Assembly: GCA_963716395.1 (NCBI GenBank)
Contig: OY970309.1
Span: 3,072,001-3,136,000, forward strand
DNA length: 64,000 nt
Source: an uncultured Fibrobacteria bacterium
GTDB taxonomy: Bacteria > Fibrobacterota > Fibrobacteria > UBA11236
Direction of reading: 5' to 3'
Made by a program: the position numbers and the translations under genes. Below, one piece after another: positions 9,247 to 19,031 of the stretch. The notes beneath the pieces are model-generated. The model had not been told where the DNA came from, did not search any database, and saw nothing but the letters and a program-made list of their open reading frames with translations. The stretch's first letter is position 1. Every line of letters starts with the position of its first letter.

Positions 9247-9989
9247 GCCGTGGGCTCCGGGCGCGTGGCACGTTCCACCACGTCGAGAAACACTTCGCCC
9301 AGGGTGGCGTGCCCGTAATTCGTCTTGAGCCGGGCGGGCGAGTCGAGCGCCGCCATGCGGCCCTGCACCAGAATCGCCACGCGTCCGCAGTACTCGACCT
9401 CGTCCATGTAATGCGAAGTCACGAACACCGTGGTACCGGCTTGCGCCTGTTCGGCGATGAGATCCCAGAAATGCCGGCGGTTCACGGGGTCGACGGATGC
9501 CGTGGGTTCGTCGAGAAACAAAATTTCGGGGCCGTGCAGCAGGGCGCAGGCCAGGCTCAGGCGCTGCTGCCAGCCCCACGGGATGGAGTCGGTGCGCCGC
9601 GGGAGCAAGGCCACCAGATTGAGGCGCTGCGCCATGGCCGTGATGCGGGCGCGCAAATCCCGGCCTTTGAGGCCGTACAGGCCGCCGTACAGGCGCATAT
9701 TCATTTCCACCGGAAAGTCGGGGTACAGCGAGAATTTCTGCGACATGTAACCGATACGCGACCGTATCTTAAACGTTTCGGTCAGAACGTCGCATCCGGC
9801 CACGGTGCCCGACCCCGAGGTCGGTTGCAACAAGCCGCACAGCATGCGGATGGCCGTGGTCTTGCCCGCACCGTTGGCGCCCAGAAACCCGAACACCTCG
9901 CCGCGTTCGACCCGCAAATCCAGGCGGTCGACGGCGGTAAACGGGCCGAAGCGCTTGGTCAGGGCCTGCGTTTCGATGGAGGCCGTCAT
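9243..9989 (-). CDS. ABC transporter ATP-binding protein
   Basis: Walker A GANGAGKTT, variant signature IPWGWQQRL, Walker B LFLDEPT. Confidence 0.93.
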   Translation of the reverse strand: MTASIETQALTKRFGPFTAVDRLDLRVERGEVFGFLGANGAGKTTAIRMLCGLLQPTSGSGTVAGCDVLTETFKIRSRIGYMSQKFSLYPDFPVEMNMRLYGGLYGLKGRDLRARITAMAQRLNLVALLPRRTDSIPWGWQQRLSLACALLHGPEILFLDEPTASVDPVNRRHFWDLIAEQAQAGTTVFVTSHYMDEVEYCGRVAILVQGRMAALDSPARLKTNYGHATLGEVFLDVVERATRPEPTA

Positions 9990-10930
9990 GCCGGCGCCTC
10001 TTCCTCGCGGCTCAAGAGCGCGAACAACAGGTCTTCGATGCCGGGCGCGACGGGCTGGGAACTGTGCGCCTCGGGAAAGCGCCGCCACAATTCCGGTCCC
10101 GTGGCGGCGGCGGTTTCCCTGGGAAGGGCGGCGTGCAACGTGCCGCCCGCGGGATACACCAGGGTCACACCCGGCGGCGGGGCTTGCCGCGCAGGATACG
10201 AAAGCGGTTTGTCTCCCTGGATGCGATACAGGGCATAGGGATAGTCGGCCAGCAGGGCGTCGGGCGTGCCCCCGGCCAGCACGCGGCCATGGTGCAACAG
10301 CATCAAGGTGTCGCACAATTTGGCTTCGTCCATATAGGGCGTCGACACCAGCAAGGTAATGCCCTGGGCTTTCAGCGATTTGAGCATGGTCCAGAAATCG
10401 CGGCGCGCCACCGGATCGACGCCCACCGTGGGCTCGTCGAGGTACATCAACGACGGTTGATGCAGCAGGCAGCACGACAAGGCGAGCTTCTGCTTCATGC
10501 CGCCCGATAGCAGTCCCGCACGCCGTTTCTGAAAGGGTTCGAGCGCCGAGAAGCGCAGCAAATCGGCCATGCGCTTCCGCTTATCGGCGGCCGTCATGTC
10601 GTACAGGTCGGCGAAGAACAACAGGTTTTCCGCCACCGTCAAATCCGGGTACAGCGAGAAGCGCTGAGGCATATAGCCGATGTGATGGCGCAAGGCTTTG
10701 AATTCGCGGTGCACGTTCAACCCCAACGCTTCGGCTTCGCCGGAGTCGGGGTCGAGCAGGGTGGCCAGAATGGTGAGCAAGGTGGATTTGCCCGCGCCGT
10801 CGGCGCCGATGATGCCGAATAACGCGCCGCGGGGCACCTCGAAGGAAACGCCTTTCAGCGCCTTCTCGCCCGCATAGTCTTTGGCCAATTCCCGCGCACG
10901 CAGCGCGGGTGCTTGGGCTGCGTGTGTCAC
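9986..10930 (-). CDS. ABC transporter ATP-binding protein
   Basis: Walker A GADGAGKST, LSGGMKQKL, MYLDEPT. GTG start overlaps the upstream stop. Confidence 0.93.
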   Translation of the reverse strand: MTHAAQAPALRARELAKDYAGEKALKGVSFEVPRGALFGIIGADGAGKSTLLTILATLLDPDSGEAEALGLNVHREFKALRHHIGYMPQRFSLYPDLTVAENLLFFADLYDMTAADKRKRMADLLRFSALEPFQKRRAGLLSGGMKQKLALSCCLLHQPSLMYLDEPTVGVDPVARRDFWTMLKSLKAQGITLLVSTPYMDEAKLCDTLMLLHHGRVLAGGTPDALLADYPYALYRIQGDKPLSYPARQAPPPGVTLVYPAGGTLHAALPRETAAATGPELWRRFPEAHSSQPVAPGIEDLLFALLSREEEAPA

Positions 10931-11829
10931 CGCCAGACCTCGATGGGCAGGCCGCGCTTCAGCAGGCCGTTCTGCGAAGCCGCATAGGCCCGCACCCGGA
11001 ACACCAGTTCGGATCGGCTTTCGCGGGTCTGGATATTCTTGGGGGTGAATTCGGCGTCGGAGGCGATGAAGCGGATTTCCGCCGGAACCAAAGGAGACGG
11101 GGAGCCGCTCTCCTCGACGCGAAAATGCACCTGCGCGCCGATGCGCAGCGAAGCCATGACGGGTTGGGGCACGTAGAAATCGGCGTACACCGAATCGCGG
11201 CGGCCCAATTCGAATACGGCCTGTCCGGGCGACACGGCCTCGCCGGGATTGCGGTAGCGGGTGAGAATAAATCCGTCGGCCGGGGCTTCGACGCGGCAAC
11301 GCTCCACCTGATTGCGCAACCAATCCAATTGGTATTGCAAGGCCTGTTTTTTCGCGCCCAGACTTTTGATGCCGCGCTGTGCCGCCTGCAGCCGGTGGCG
11401 CGCGGCGTCTTGGCTGGTGGTGACCTGATCCAATTGCTGGGCCGTGGCCGCGCCCGCCTGCGACAGGGGCGTGACCCGCCGGGCCTCCTTGTTCCAGCCG
11501 ATGGCTTCGGCGCGATCCGCGGCGATTTGGCTGGTTTGCGAGGCGAGATTGGCGTGAATTTCGCCCAAGCCGGCGGCGGCCTCCTGGTACTGTAACGCGT
11601 AGGGAACGGTATCGACCAAGGCCAAAAGTTCGCCTTGCGACACCGAGTCGCCCTCGTCGTGCAGCACGGCGATCAACGGGCCCTGCTCCAGGGCCGGTAC
11701 CTCGTAGGTTTCGGTTTCCACCACGGCCGACCCGAGAAAGTCGCCATTTTCCGAATTGCGGCAGCCGGCACCCAGCCAGCTCACCACCGTTGCGGCCGTG
11801 ACGGCCAAGAGCAGTTTAAGGGTTTGCAT
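10927..11829 (-). CDS. HlyD family periplasmic adaptor (YbhG-like)
   Basis: GAGC lipobox, lipoyl halves (EGDSVSQGELLA, VEAPADG), coiled coil, AEFTPKNIQT motif. Confidence 0.92.
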   Translation of the reverse strand: MQTLKLLLAVTAATVVSWLGAGCRNSENGDFLGSAVVETETYEVPALEQGPLIAVLHDEGDSVSQGELLALVDTVPYALQYQEAAAGLGEIHANLASQTSQIAADRAEAIGWNKEARRVTPLSQAGAATAQQLDQVTTSQDAARHRLQAAQRGIKSLGAKKQALQYQLDWLRNQVERCRVEAPADGFILTRYRNPGEAVSPGQAVFELGRRDSVYADFYVPQPVMASLRIGAQVHFRVEESGSPSPLVPAEIRFIASDAEFTPKNIQTRESRSELVFRVRAYAASQNGLLKRGLPIEVWR

Positions 11830-13114
11830 GATTCTCTCCCGGGAACTTCAAGGTTATTCCTTGCGCATAGCGAATCTGCCAGGCGGCAAAACAGCGCTGC
11901 CATTCGATTTGCCGCACACGCAGCGCGGCCTGGGCCTGCCGCACCTGGGCGGTGAGCAAATCCAAATCCGAAGCCGTGCCGTGTTGATGCTGCGCCTGGG
12001 TTTCTTGCAGCGCGATGTTCGCCGCTTCGGCGTCGGCTTGCGCCGCCGCTTCGGCTTGCTGCAAACGGGCTTGCAGGCGTTCAGTGGAAATCACCGCCTC
12101 TTGCCACGTGGCTTCACGGTGCCGGCGTTCGATTTGGGCGGAACGGCGCTGCGCGGCGATTTGCGCGGCTTGGGCACGAAGGTTGAATCCGTCGAACAGG
12201 TTCCACTGCAATTGCAGGCCGGCCAAGCCGTAATTCATGAACGAGTCCGTTCCCATATTCAGGCCCGGATTGGCGATGCGGTAGCCCACCATGCCCGCCA
12301 GCGTGGGCCAATGTTGGTCGTTTACGGCTTTTTCCTGATAGGTCAAGGCCGCGGCGGTTTGATCCAAGGCCTGCAGATCGGGGCGCACCGGGGGCGCATC
12401 GGCCGGCGCTGCGGCGGTGTCGACGGCGGCGGCAAAGACCACGGCGGAATCGGGCGGTAGCCCCAAGAGCAAGGCCACGGCGCGTCCCAGCGAGTCGCGC
12501 CGATCGGCGTCGGTTTGCGCATCGACCTGGGCCGCCAGCAATTTGGCGCGGGCCTCGGCCGCTTGCGAAGGCAACCCCGCGCCGCCTTGCACCACCGTTT
12601 GCACATGCGCGGCGTAATCGCGGTGATACCCCACCACCGAATCGTCGGTTCGGCTCGCCGCATCGGCGCTTTGCCAGGCGTAATACAGCCCCGCCAACTG
12701 CAAGGAAAGCTGATCCTGCACCGCCTGCAATTGCGAACCCTGGGCTGCGGCCAAGGTACGCTGGGCCTGGTTCTTTTCGAATCGCGCTCCGCCGGTGAAC
12801 AGGGGATAGGTCAGGTCGACGCCGTATTCCTGGCGATCATAACCGCCCAAGGTTTTATCGACGGGCGGGAAACCCGGGAGCGCAAGATCGATGCGGCTTT
12901 TTTCGGTGAACACCTGGTACGATCCTGTGGCGTCCAGGGACGGCCAGAAGGCCGATTGCGCCTGATGCCAGGCGGCTTCGGCCTGAAGCCGTTGCTGGCG
13001 CTGCGACAATAAGGCAGGATTGCCTTGCAACAGCAGGGATTGGGCCTTTGCCAGGGTCAGCGGTTCGGAAAATCCGAGGCTCAGACCGCCGGCGAGGAGC
13101 AGCAGGATTTTCAT
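11816..13114 (-). CDS. TolC family outer-membrane efflux protein
   Basis: Signal peptide, two OEP repeats (FWPSLD...LTYPLFTGG; WPTL...LQWNLFDG), located in an efflux operon. Confidence 0.9.
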   Translation of the reverse strand: MKILLLLAGGLSLGFSEPLTLAKAQSLLLQGNPALLSQRQQRLQAEAAWHQAQSAFWPSLDATGSYQVFTEKSRIDLALPGFPPVDKTLGGYDRQEYGVDLTYPLFTGGARFEKNQAQRTLAAAQGSQLQAVQDQLSLQLAGLYYAWQSADAASRTDDSVVGYHRDYAAHVQTVVQGGAGLPSQAAEARAKLLAAQVDAQTDADRRDSLGRAVALLLGLPPDSAVVFAAAVDTAAAPADAPPVRPDLQALDQTAAALTYQEKAVNDQHWPTLAGMVGYRIANPGLNMGTDSFMNYGLAGLQLQWNLFDGFNLRAQAAQIAAQRRSAQIERRHREATWQEAVISTERLQARLQQAEAAAQADAEAANIALQETQAQHQHGTASDLDLLTAQVRQAQAALRVRQIEWQRCFAAWQIRYAQGITLKFPGENHANP

Positions 13115-13788
13115 GGCCGGTCCCTCAAGGGCTGTTGTTGTAGGCCGCGCACCGCGGTGCGGGCCACAGTTTCGGCGCGGGTCTGGAAAAAGCGGGGCGT
13201 GAGCCGCGTCGGGATTCCCAGCCGTTTCAAAACGCGCGGGGCCAAGACTGTGGCGACGGTCATGCCGGCCACATTGATCCAGAAATTCATTTGCACCTCG
13301 CGATTCAATTTGGCGCCGCGGAATTCCGCCGCCAGGCTGTGGTTGATGCGTGCCGGCACGGCGCGGAAGTCGCGCAGGGCGGCGGCGAATACGGAGTCTG
13401 CGGTGCCGCCTTCCGCAAAAATTTCGCGGAACATGAAGAGGGGAAAATCCGGATGGCGCGTCAAGACCCGAAAGTGCGTTTTCAACAAGGCGGCCAGCAA
13501 GGGTTCCAAAGCGGCGTCGGGGGGGATGCGATCGATTTCGCGCCGAAAATTGCCCCATACCGTGGCCAGCACTTCACCCACAGCCGCGTCGTACAGGTTT
13601 TGCTTGGAGCGGAAATAATAATGCAACAAAGCGTGGTGTACCCCGGCGCGCCGCGCGATGGCCTGCATGCGCGCGCCTCGCAGCCCTTTGGAAATGAATT
13701 CCTGCCGGGCTGCGGCCAGGATTTTGGTTTGGGCCGAGGGGGGCCGCAACGCTTTTTTATTGTCTTTTTTGTTTAACAATTTAGACAA
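13111..13788 (-). CDS. TetR/AcrR family transcriptional regulator
   Basis: ILAAARQEFISKGLRGARMQAIARRAGVHHALLHYYFRSKQNLY HTH. The true start is uncertain and may be TTG at 13779. Confidence 0.92.
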   Translation of the reverse strand: MSKLLNKKDNKKALRPPSAQTKILAAARQEFISKGLRGARMQAIARRAGVHHALLHYYFRSKQNLYDAAVGEVLATVWGNFRREIDRIPPDAALEPLLAALLKTHFRVLTRHPDFPLFMFREIFAEGGTADSVFAAALRDFRAVPARINHSLAAEFRGAKLNREVQMNFWINVAGMTVATVLAPRVLKRLGIPTRLTPRFFQTRAETVARTAVRGLQQQPLRDRP

Positions 13789-13816
13789 GATTAATCGCGC
13801 TTTCGGCCTTCGTCAA
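13769..13816 (-). promoter_or_regulatory. Sigma-70-type promoter with an overlapping inverted repeat (putative TetR operator)
   Basis: Minus strand TTGACG (13816-13811), 17 nt spacer, TAATCT (13793-13788), followed by the imperfect palindrome TTGTCTAA-N4-TTAAACAA (13788-13769). Confidence 0.7.
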
Positions 13817-13848
13817 CTCCCGGGGGATTAGGTATTTTTGCAAAAATA

Positions 13849-15750
13849 ATGGCAGGTCTGATGCAAATATCCACCGAGTCGGCGGCGGCCGAAAATCCCG
13901 CTTACATGGCGGACCGGTTTGCTCCCCGGCGCCGGCGCACGGTGCCGGTGCGCGTGGGCAACCGGGTGATCGGCGGCGACGCGCCGATTCTGGTGCAGTC
14001 GATGACCACCACCAGCACCAAAGACGTCGATGCCACGGTGTTCCAAACCCTGGAATTGTGGCGGGCCGGCTGCGAATTGGTGCGCATCACTGCGCCCACG
14101 CAAAAAGACGCGGAAATGTTGCGCGACATCGTGAAAAAGGTGCGCGACGCCGGCTGCGACCTGCCGATTTCGGCCGACATCCACTTTCAACCGCGGGCGG
14201 CGTACGAAGCGGTGAAGTGGGTGGAAAAAGTGCGCGTGAATCCCGGCAATTTCGTCGACTCCAAGGCCGCGGTGCAGCGCGTCTATGACGACGCCTCGTT
14301 CGCCGGCGGCGCGCAGCGCGTGTACGACGCCTTTGCGCCCCTGGTGCGCCAGGCGCGGGAACGCGGCGCGGCCTTGCGCATCGGCACCAACCACGGCTCG
14401 CTATCGGATCGCATGATGTGGAAATTCGGCGACACCGTGGAAGGCATGGTGGAATCGGCGCTGGAGTATTTGGCCGTCTGCGAAGCCGAGCACTTCGACC
14501 AAGTCGTGTTCAGCATGAAAAGCAGCAATCCGCGCGTGGCCATTCAGGCCTACCGCCTGCTGGCCCAACGATTGGACCAGGGGCACAAACCCTATCCCTT
14601 TCACGTCGGGGTGACTGAAGCCGGAGACGGCGAAGATGGCCGCCTCAAGTCTTCGGTGGGCATCGGCGCGCTGCTGCTCGACGGCATCGGCGACACCATT
14701 CGCGTGTCGCTGACCGAAGACCCGGTGCAGGAAATACCCGTGGCGAAAACCTTGGTCCGCCTGTGTGACCCGGCGCGGTACCCGGCGGTGCCGGCATGGC
14801 CCGAACAGGTGGGGTTTTATGCGTACCATCGCCGCGAGACGCCGGCACTGGCGCTCGGCCCATTGACGGCCGGCGGGCGCGAGCCCGTGGCCGTGGGCAT
14901 CGAGCATCCCGGATCCGAAGCCGTGGCGGCCGGCGAACGCAAACCCGAATGGGTGACGTATGGCGAAGGGCAAACGCCCTACGCCGGTGTGGCCGGAGCC
15001 TGGCAACCCGCGGTTTTCCGCGCGGAAGATGGCGCCGAATCTGCCTGGATCGTGTTGGGGAGCGGCGAAACCGACGCGTTACGGTTGGCCGGAAAGCCGG
15101 TGGAAATCCGCGTCGACGCGTTGGCCGATTTGTCGGCTTGGGAAAAATTGCCGGCGGAAAAATTTCCGGTCCCGACGCTGTGGTCCTGCGACCCGGGCAT
15201 GCCCAATCTCGTCGGAGCCTACCGGCATCTGGTCGCCTGGCTGGCGCGGCAAAGACGCGACGATCTCCTCGTGTTGCGCGATCGCACCGACGGTACGCCC
15301 GAGGGGAACATGGGGGTGGCGGTGCGGTTGGGCGCGCTGCTGGCCGACGGCTGGGGTGATTTGATCCACATCGACAGCGGCGCAGGCAAGCGCGCGGCGA
15401 TGAATTTGGCCTTCGACGTGCTGCAGGCCGCGGGCGTGCGCCGCAGCAAACCCGAATACGTGGCCTGTCCCGGCTGCGGGAGAACCTTGTTCGATTTGCA
15501 AAGCACCACCCAGCGCATCCGCCAGAAGACGGCGCATCTCAAGAACATCGCCATCGCCGTGATGGGCTGCATCGTCAACGGGCCGGGGGAAATGGCCGAC
15601 GCCGATTTCGGCTATGTGGGCGGAGCGCCGGGCAAGGTGAGTTTGTATGTGGGCCGCGAATGCGTACAGAAGAACATTCCCGAAGCCGAAGCCCCCGAAG
15701 CTTTGGTTGCGCTCATCCGCGCGCATGGCCGCTGGATTGACCCGGTTTGA
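13849..15750 (+). CDS. ispG: (E)-4-hydroxy-3-methylbut-2-enyl-diphosphate synthase, long form
   Basis: VQSMTTT, ADIHF, RVNPGN, RIGTNHGSLS, GVTEAG, GIGDTIRVSLT, CPGCGR and VMGCIVNGPGE. Confidence 0.97.
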   Translation: MAGLMQISTESAAAENPAYMADRFAPRRRRTVPVRVGNRVIGGDAPILVQSMTTTSTKDVDATVFQTLELWRAGCELVRITAPTQKDAEMLRDIVKKVRDAGCDLPISADIHFQPRAAYEAVKWVEKVRVNPGNFVDSKAAVQRVYDDASFAGGAQRVYDAFAPLVRQARERGAALRIGTNHGSLSDRMMWKFGDTVEGMVESALEYLAVCEAEHFDQVVFSMKSSNPRVAIQAYRLLAQRLDQGHKPYPFHVGVTEAGDGEDGRLKSSVGIGALLLDGIGDTIRVSLTEDPVQEIPVAKTLVRLCDPARYPAVPAWPEQVGFYAYHRRETPALALGPLTAGGREPVAVGIEHPGSEAVAAGERKPEWVTYGEGQTPYAGVAGAWQPAVFRAEDGAESAWIVLGSGETDALRLAGKPVEIRVDALADLSAWEKLPAEKFPVPTLWSCDPGMPNLVGAYRHLVAWLARQRRDDLLVLRDRTDGTPEGNMGVAVRLGALLADGWGDLIHIDSGAGKRAAMNLAFDVLQAAGVRRSKPEYVACPGCGRTLFDLQSTTQRIRQKTAHLKNIAIAVMGCIVNGPGEMADADFGYVGGAPGKVSLYVGRECVQKNIPEAEAPEALVALIRAHGRWIDPV

Positions 15751-15781
15751 TCCGGCTTGACCCGGCGAAAGTGAAGTCGCC

Positions 15782-16609
15782 TTACTGCCGGAGGATCAAA
15801 GCCGGGAGATCGGACATACCGGACGCAGGCGGAAGCAGGCGGCCGTCCACGGAAAGTCGTTTCCACGAAACCGCAAACGGTGAATTTTCCGTTGTCGGCC
15901 GATTGCGGGGAAGAATGGCCACGGTTCCCTGTGAACAGGCGAAGTCGTCGAATACGGTGGTGGCCGCCGCGGTTGCATTGTGGCTCAAGCTGAACAAGGC
16001 GAGGTTGGAATTGGCGGCGGTGGCCAGCGAAACCACGTTGGCGGCGATTTGAACCCAGCTGGAATCGGCGGATCCATGGTACCAGGCGGAGAACATCCCT
16101 GATCGTTTGGCCAGCCGCAACCAGACCGGATAGGCCGTGGTTCCGGCGCTGACATGGGTTTCCAATTGACCTTGCGGCGCGGTTTTGTCGTAAAAAAGCG
16201 TGTATCCGTTGCCGGGCGAAACATCGACCAACGCATAACCGCCTTGCGTTAAATCCTGCATGTCGTTGGCGGCGATGATTCCCGCCTGCGCCCAGGAGTT
16301 GCTGTTGGTTTGGGAAATGATTTTGACCGAGACATCAAAATCACCGGTGATGTCGGTGCGGTATTCCGCGACATATTCATTCACACTGCCGAATACGTCC
16401 AAGCCATGCCCGGTCAACAAGAGATCTCCGCCGGTGTCCACAGCCGATCCGCCGGTGGAACTGTCGGCGTCGAGAAAAGTCCATTTCGACAGCCCGGCAT
16501 CGAAATTATCGGCGCAGCCTGAGCTGGCCTGCGCGCCCGGGGCCGAAGGAAAGGCGATGGGGAAGACGAGAAGAAGAGCCTGCACAGCGTGGCGCATGCG
16601 GATGGGCAT
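15782..16609 (-). CDS. Secreted protein with a concanavalin A-like/DUF1349-type beta-sandwich domain
   Basis: Signal peptide; ITGDFDVSVKI, WAQAGII, PVWLRLAKRSGMFSAWY, TVFDDF. TATTAT lies 6 nt before ATG 16609. Confidence 0.75.
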   Translation of the reverse strand: MPIRMRHAVQALLLVFPIAFPSAPGAQASSGCADNFDAGLSKWTFLDADSSTGGSAVDTGGDLLLTGHGLDVFGSVNEYVAEYRTDITGDFDVSVKIISQTNSNSWAQAGIIAANDMQDLTQGGYALVDVSPGNGYTLFYDKTAPQGQLETHVSAGTTAYPVWLRLAKRSGMFSAWYHGSADSSWVQIAANVVSLATAANSNLALFSLSHNATAAATTVFDDFACSQGTVAILPRNRPTTENSPFAVSWKRLSVDGRLLPPASGMSDLPALILRQ

Positions 16610-16744
16610 GGCGGAATAATACATTCGGGATTGAATAAGTTTTATCGCTGCGGATGCGTGCGCGGCGCCGGGCAGCGGGGAACTTGGCGTGATGGGCGCG
16701 CGGGGTCGCGGTCAGTCGTGATCGATGAAATCGCGGGAGGGTGA

Positions 16745-17488
16745 ATGGGAAGTTTCGTTGTCGTGCTTTGCCGTCCGGAAATTCCGGAAAACATCGGGTT
16801 CGTAGCCCGCTGCCTGCGCGCCTACGGCGTCGCAGAGTTGCGCCTGGTGGGGGTGGATCCGCCGGAGCCGGGCGGTCGCGCCTATTGGACGGCGCGCGCG
16901 GGCGAAGACCTGCTGCGCCGCGCGACCTGTTACGTCACCTTGCCCGCAGCCGTGGGCGATTGCGTGCAGGCCTTGGGATTCACGCGCCGCGAGCGCGATG
17001 CGGGACAAGCCTTGCTCGCTTTAAACGAGGTGCAGGCGCGCTTCGAAAATCGTTTTGAACCCAAGCACATGCGGGGGCCGGCTTGGCCGGCGCCGGGATT
17101 GCGCACAGCCTTGGTGTTCGGCTGCGAATCCAACGGCCTGTCGCAAGCCGAAGTTTTGCAGGTCACGCATCTGGTGCGCATTCCCCTGGCCGAAGAAACC
17201 TTGAGCCTGAACCTGTCGCATGCCGTGGCCATCGCGTTGTACGCGTTGGCCGCCCCGCCGGCAGCCGCCGAACCTCCGGCCGATCGGGTTTCGCTCGAAA
17301 CCTCGCAGGCCGCGTTGGAAGATGTGATGCGTGTCTTGGATCAAAACGGATTTCTGGCCAAGGGCAAGAAAGAAGCCGTGCGGCGCGAAAAGGTGCGGAT
17401 TCTCTGGCAACGCCTGCAACCCACGCGCGGGGAATTGGATTTTCTCTGCGGCGCCATGAAGGCTCTGGCGGAAAGGGTAGGGGTATGA
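16745..17488 (+). CDS. SPOUT RNA methyltransferase, TrmH/TrmJ family
   Basis: VVLCRPEIPENIGFVAR, ALVFGCESNGLS, SLNLSHAVAIALY. Confidence 0.9.
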   Translation: MGSFVVVLCRPEIPENIGFVARCLRAYGVAELRLVGVDPPEPGGRAYWTARAGEDLLRRATCYVTLPAAVGDCVQALGFTRRERDAGQALLALNEVQARFENRFEPKHMRGPAWPAPGLRTALVFGCESNGLSQAEVLQVTHLVRIPLAEETLSLNLSHAVAIALYALAAPPAAAEPPADRVSLETSQAALEDVMRVLDQNGFLAKGKKEAVRREKVRILWQRLQPTRGELDFLCGAMKALAERVGV

Positions 17489-18042
17489 GCGGCTTGACGG
17501 TGGAACCCGGGCCTTTGCCCGGCTTGTTGCTCCTGCGTCCGCGGGTTTTCCGCGACGCGCGCGGATTTTTTTTCGAAAGCTACAACCGCGAAACCTTCGC
17601 GGCTGCCGGCATCTCCGTCGACTTCGTGCAGGATAACCACAGCCGATCGGGGCGGGGAACCTTGCGCGGACTGCATTATCAAACTTCTCCGGGCCAGACC
17701 AAGCTGATCCGCTGCACCCAGGGCGCGATCTGGGACGTAGCCGTGGATATCCGGCCGGCCAGCCCCACCTTCGGCCGCCACTTCGGGATGGAATTGCGCC
17801 CCGACGAAGGCCTGATGCTTTTCATTCCCGTGGGCTTTGCGCACGGATTCGTGGTGCTGTCGGAAAACGCTGAAGTGCAATACAAATGCTCGGCCGTATA
17901 CAATTCCGCCACCGAAGCCGGCATCGCCTGGAACGATCCCGAACTGAACGTATCTTGGCCGTTACGTGGAACGGGCCTGCTGTTGTCGGCCCGCGATCAA
18001 AGCAATCCCTCGTTTGCGGAGTACAAGGCGAAGAGAAATTAA
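17485..18042 (+). CDS. rfbC: dTDP-4-dehydrorhamnose 3,5-epimerase
   Basis: DARGFFFE, FVQDNHSRS, LRGLHYQ, DVAVDIR, GFAHGF. ATGA overlap with the upstream gene. Confidence 0.95.
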   Translation: MSGLTVEPGPLPGLLLLRPRVFRDARGFFFESYNRETFAAAGISVDFVQDNHSRSGRGTLRGLHYQTSPGQTKLIRCTQGAIWDVAVDIRPASPTFGRHFGMELRPDEGLMLFIPVGFAHGFVVLSENAEVQYKCSAVYNSATEAGIAWNDPELNVSWPLRGTGLLLSARDQSNPSFAEYKAKRN

Positions 18043-18144
18043 GATCGCCTCAAAAAAACAACCGTTTACTTCGGACGATGCCTGAGCCGGTTCCCTGTCG
18101 AGGGATGTTGCAGGCCGGGGGGAAGGCGACGGGGGCGTCACCCT

Positions 18145-18909
18145 TCAGGCGATTTCCAACTCCAACCCGTCATAGGCCAGGCGGATGTTTTCCGGCAGCC
18201 GCGCTTCGGTTTCGGCATGATCCAAATCGTGGCACATGTGGATGAAAAAGGTGCGGCGCGCGCCGATGCGGCGCGCATACCCCAACGCGCCTTCGAGGGA
18301 CAAATGCGTCGAATGCGGCAACAGGCGCAGGCAATCCAGGGCCAGCACGTCGAGACCCTGCAGGAGTTCCAGGGTGGAATCGGGAATCACGGTCACGTCG
18401 GTGACGAGGGCGAAACCGCCTACGCGATACCCGAATATGGGGTCCGGGCCGTGGCAAACCGGCAGCGGGGTGACGCCCCACCCCGCGACTTCGAAGGGTT
18501 TCGTGACCTCATGTAAATCGTATTGGGGCACCCCTCCGCCGTAAATTTTCGGCGGGTCGAAGGCATAATCGAACCGTTTGCGCACAGCGCGCAGCGTGTC
18601 GGCCGAACCATATACGGCCACGGCGCGACCGGTGACTTGGGAAAAAATGCGGAGATCGTCGAGGCCGGAAATATGATCGGCATGCGCATGGGTGAGGAGG
18701 GCGGCGTCGAGACGCCGCAGGCCGTGGCGCAGCGCGCCGAGTCGGAAATCTCCCGAGACGTCGATTACGACGGAGCGTTCGGCGTCATGCAGCCAAATCC
18801 CCAGCCGGTTGCGGTGGTTGCGCGGATCGGGGGATTGGCATACCCCGCAGGCACAGCCGATGACGGGAATTCCGTGCGAAGTGCCGGTTCCTAAGAAAGC
18901 GGCCTGCAT
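18145..18909 (-). CDS. MBL-fold hydrolase, PhnP/YycJ-like
   Basis: FLGTGTSHGIPVIGCACGVC, THAHADHISGLDDLR, HSTH, IHMCH, LAYDGL. Confidence 0.92.
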   Translation of the reverse strand: MQAAFLGTGTSHGIPVIGCACGVCQSPDPRNHRNRLGIWLHDAERSVVIDVSGDFRLGALRHGLRRLDAALLTHAHADHISGLDDLRIFSQVTGRAVAVYGSADTLRAVRKRFDYAFDPPKIYGGGVPQYDLHEVTKPFEVAGWGVTPLPVCHGPDPIFGYRVGGFALVTDVTVIPDSTLELLQGLDVLALDCLRLLPHSTHLSLEGALGYARRIGARRTFFIHMCHDLDHAETEARLPENIRLAYDGLELEIA

Positions 18910-19031
18910 GCCTGCAAATGTAGTTGCGCCTAAGCTTCCCGACCATCGGCGCCCATGCGTGACCCATGTCACGCAGAAGGTTTCGCAGCGCGCGTAACTT
19001 CTCGGCATCGTCCCAACCCCGAGGAGGCATT

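Noticed and set aside
6977-13558. Apparent long fusion ORFs in the efflux operon (764, 481, 410, 445 and 580 aa)
   Set aside because: The N-terminal extensions overlap the upstream genes in other frames. The real starts coincide with ATGA/GTGA overlaps.
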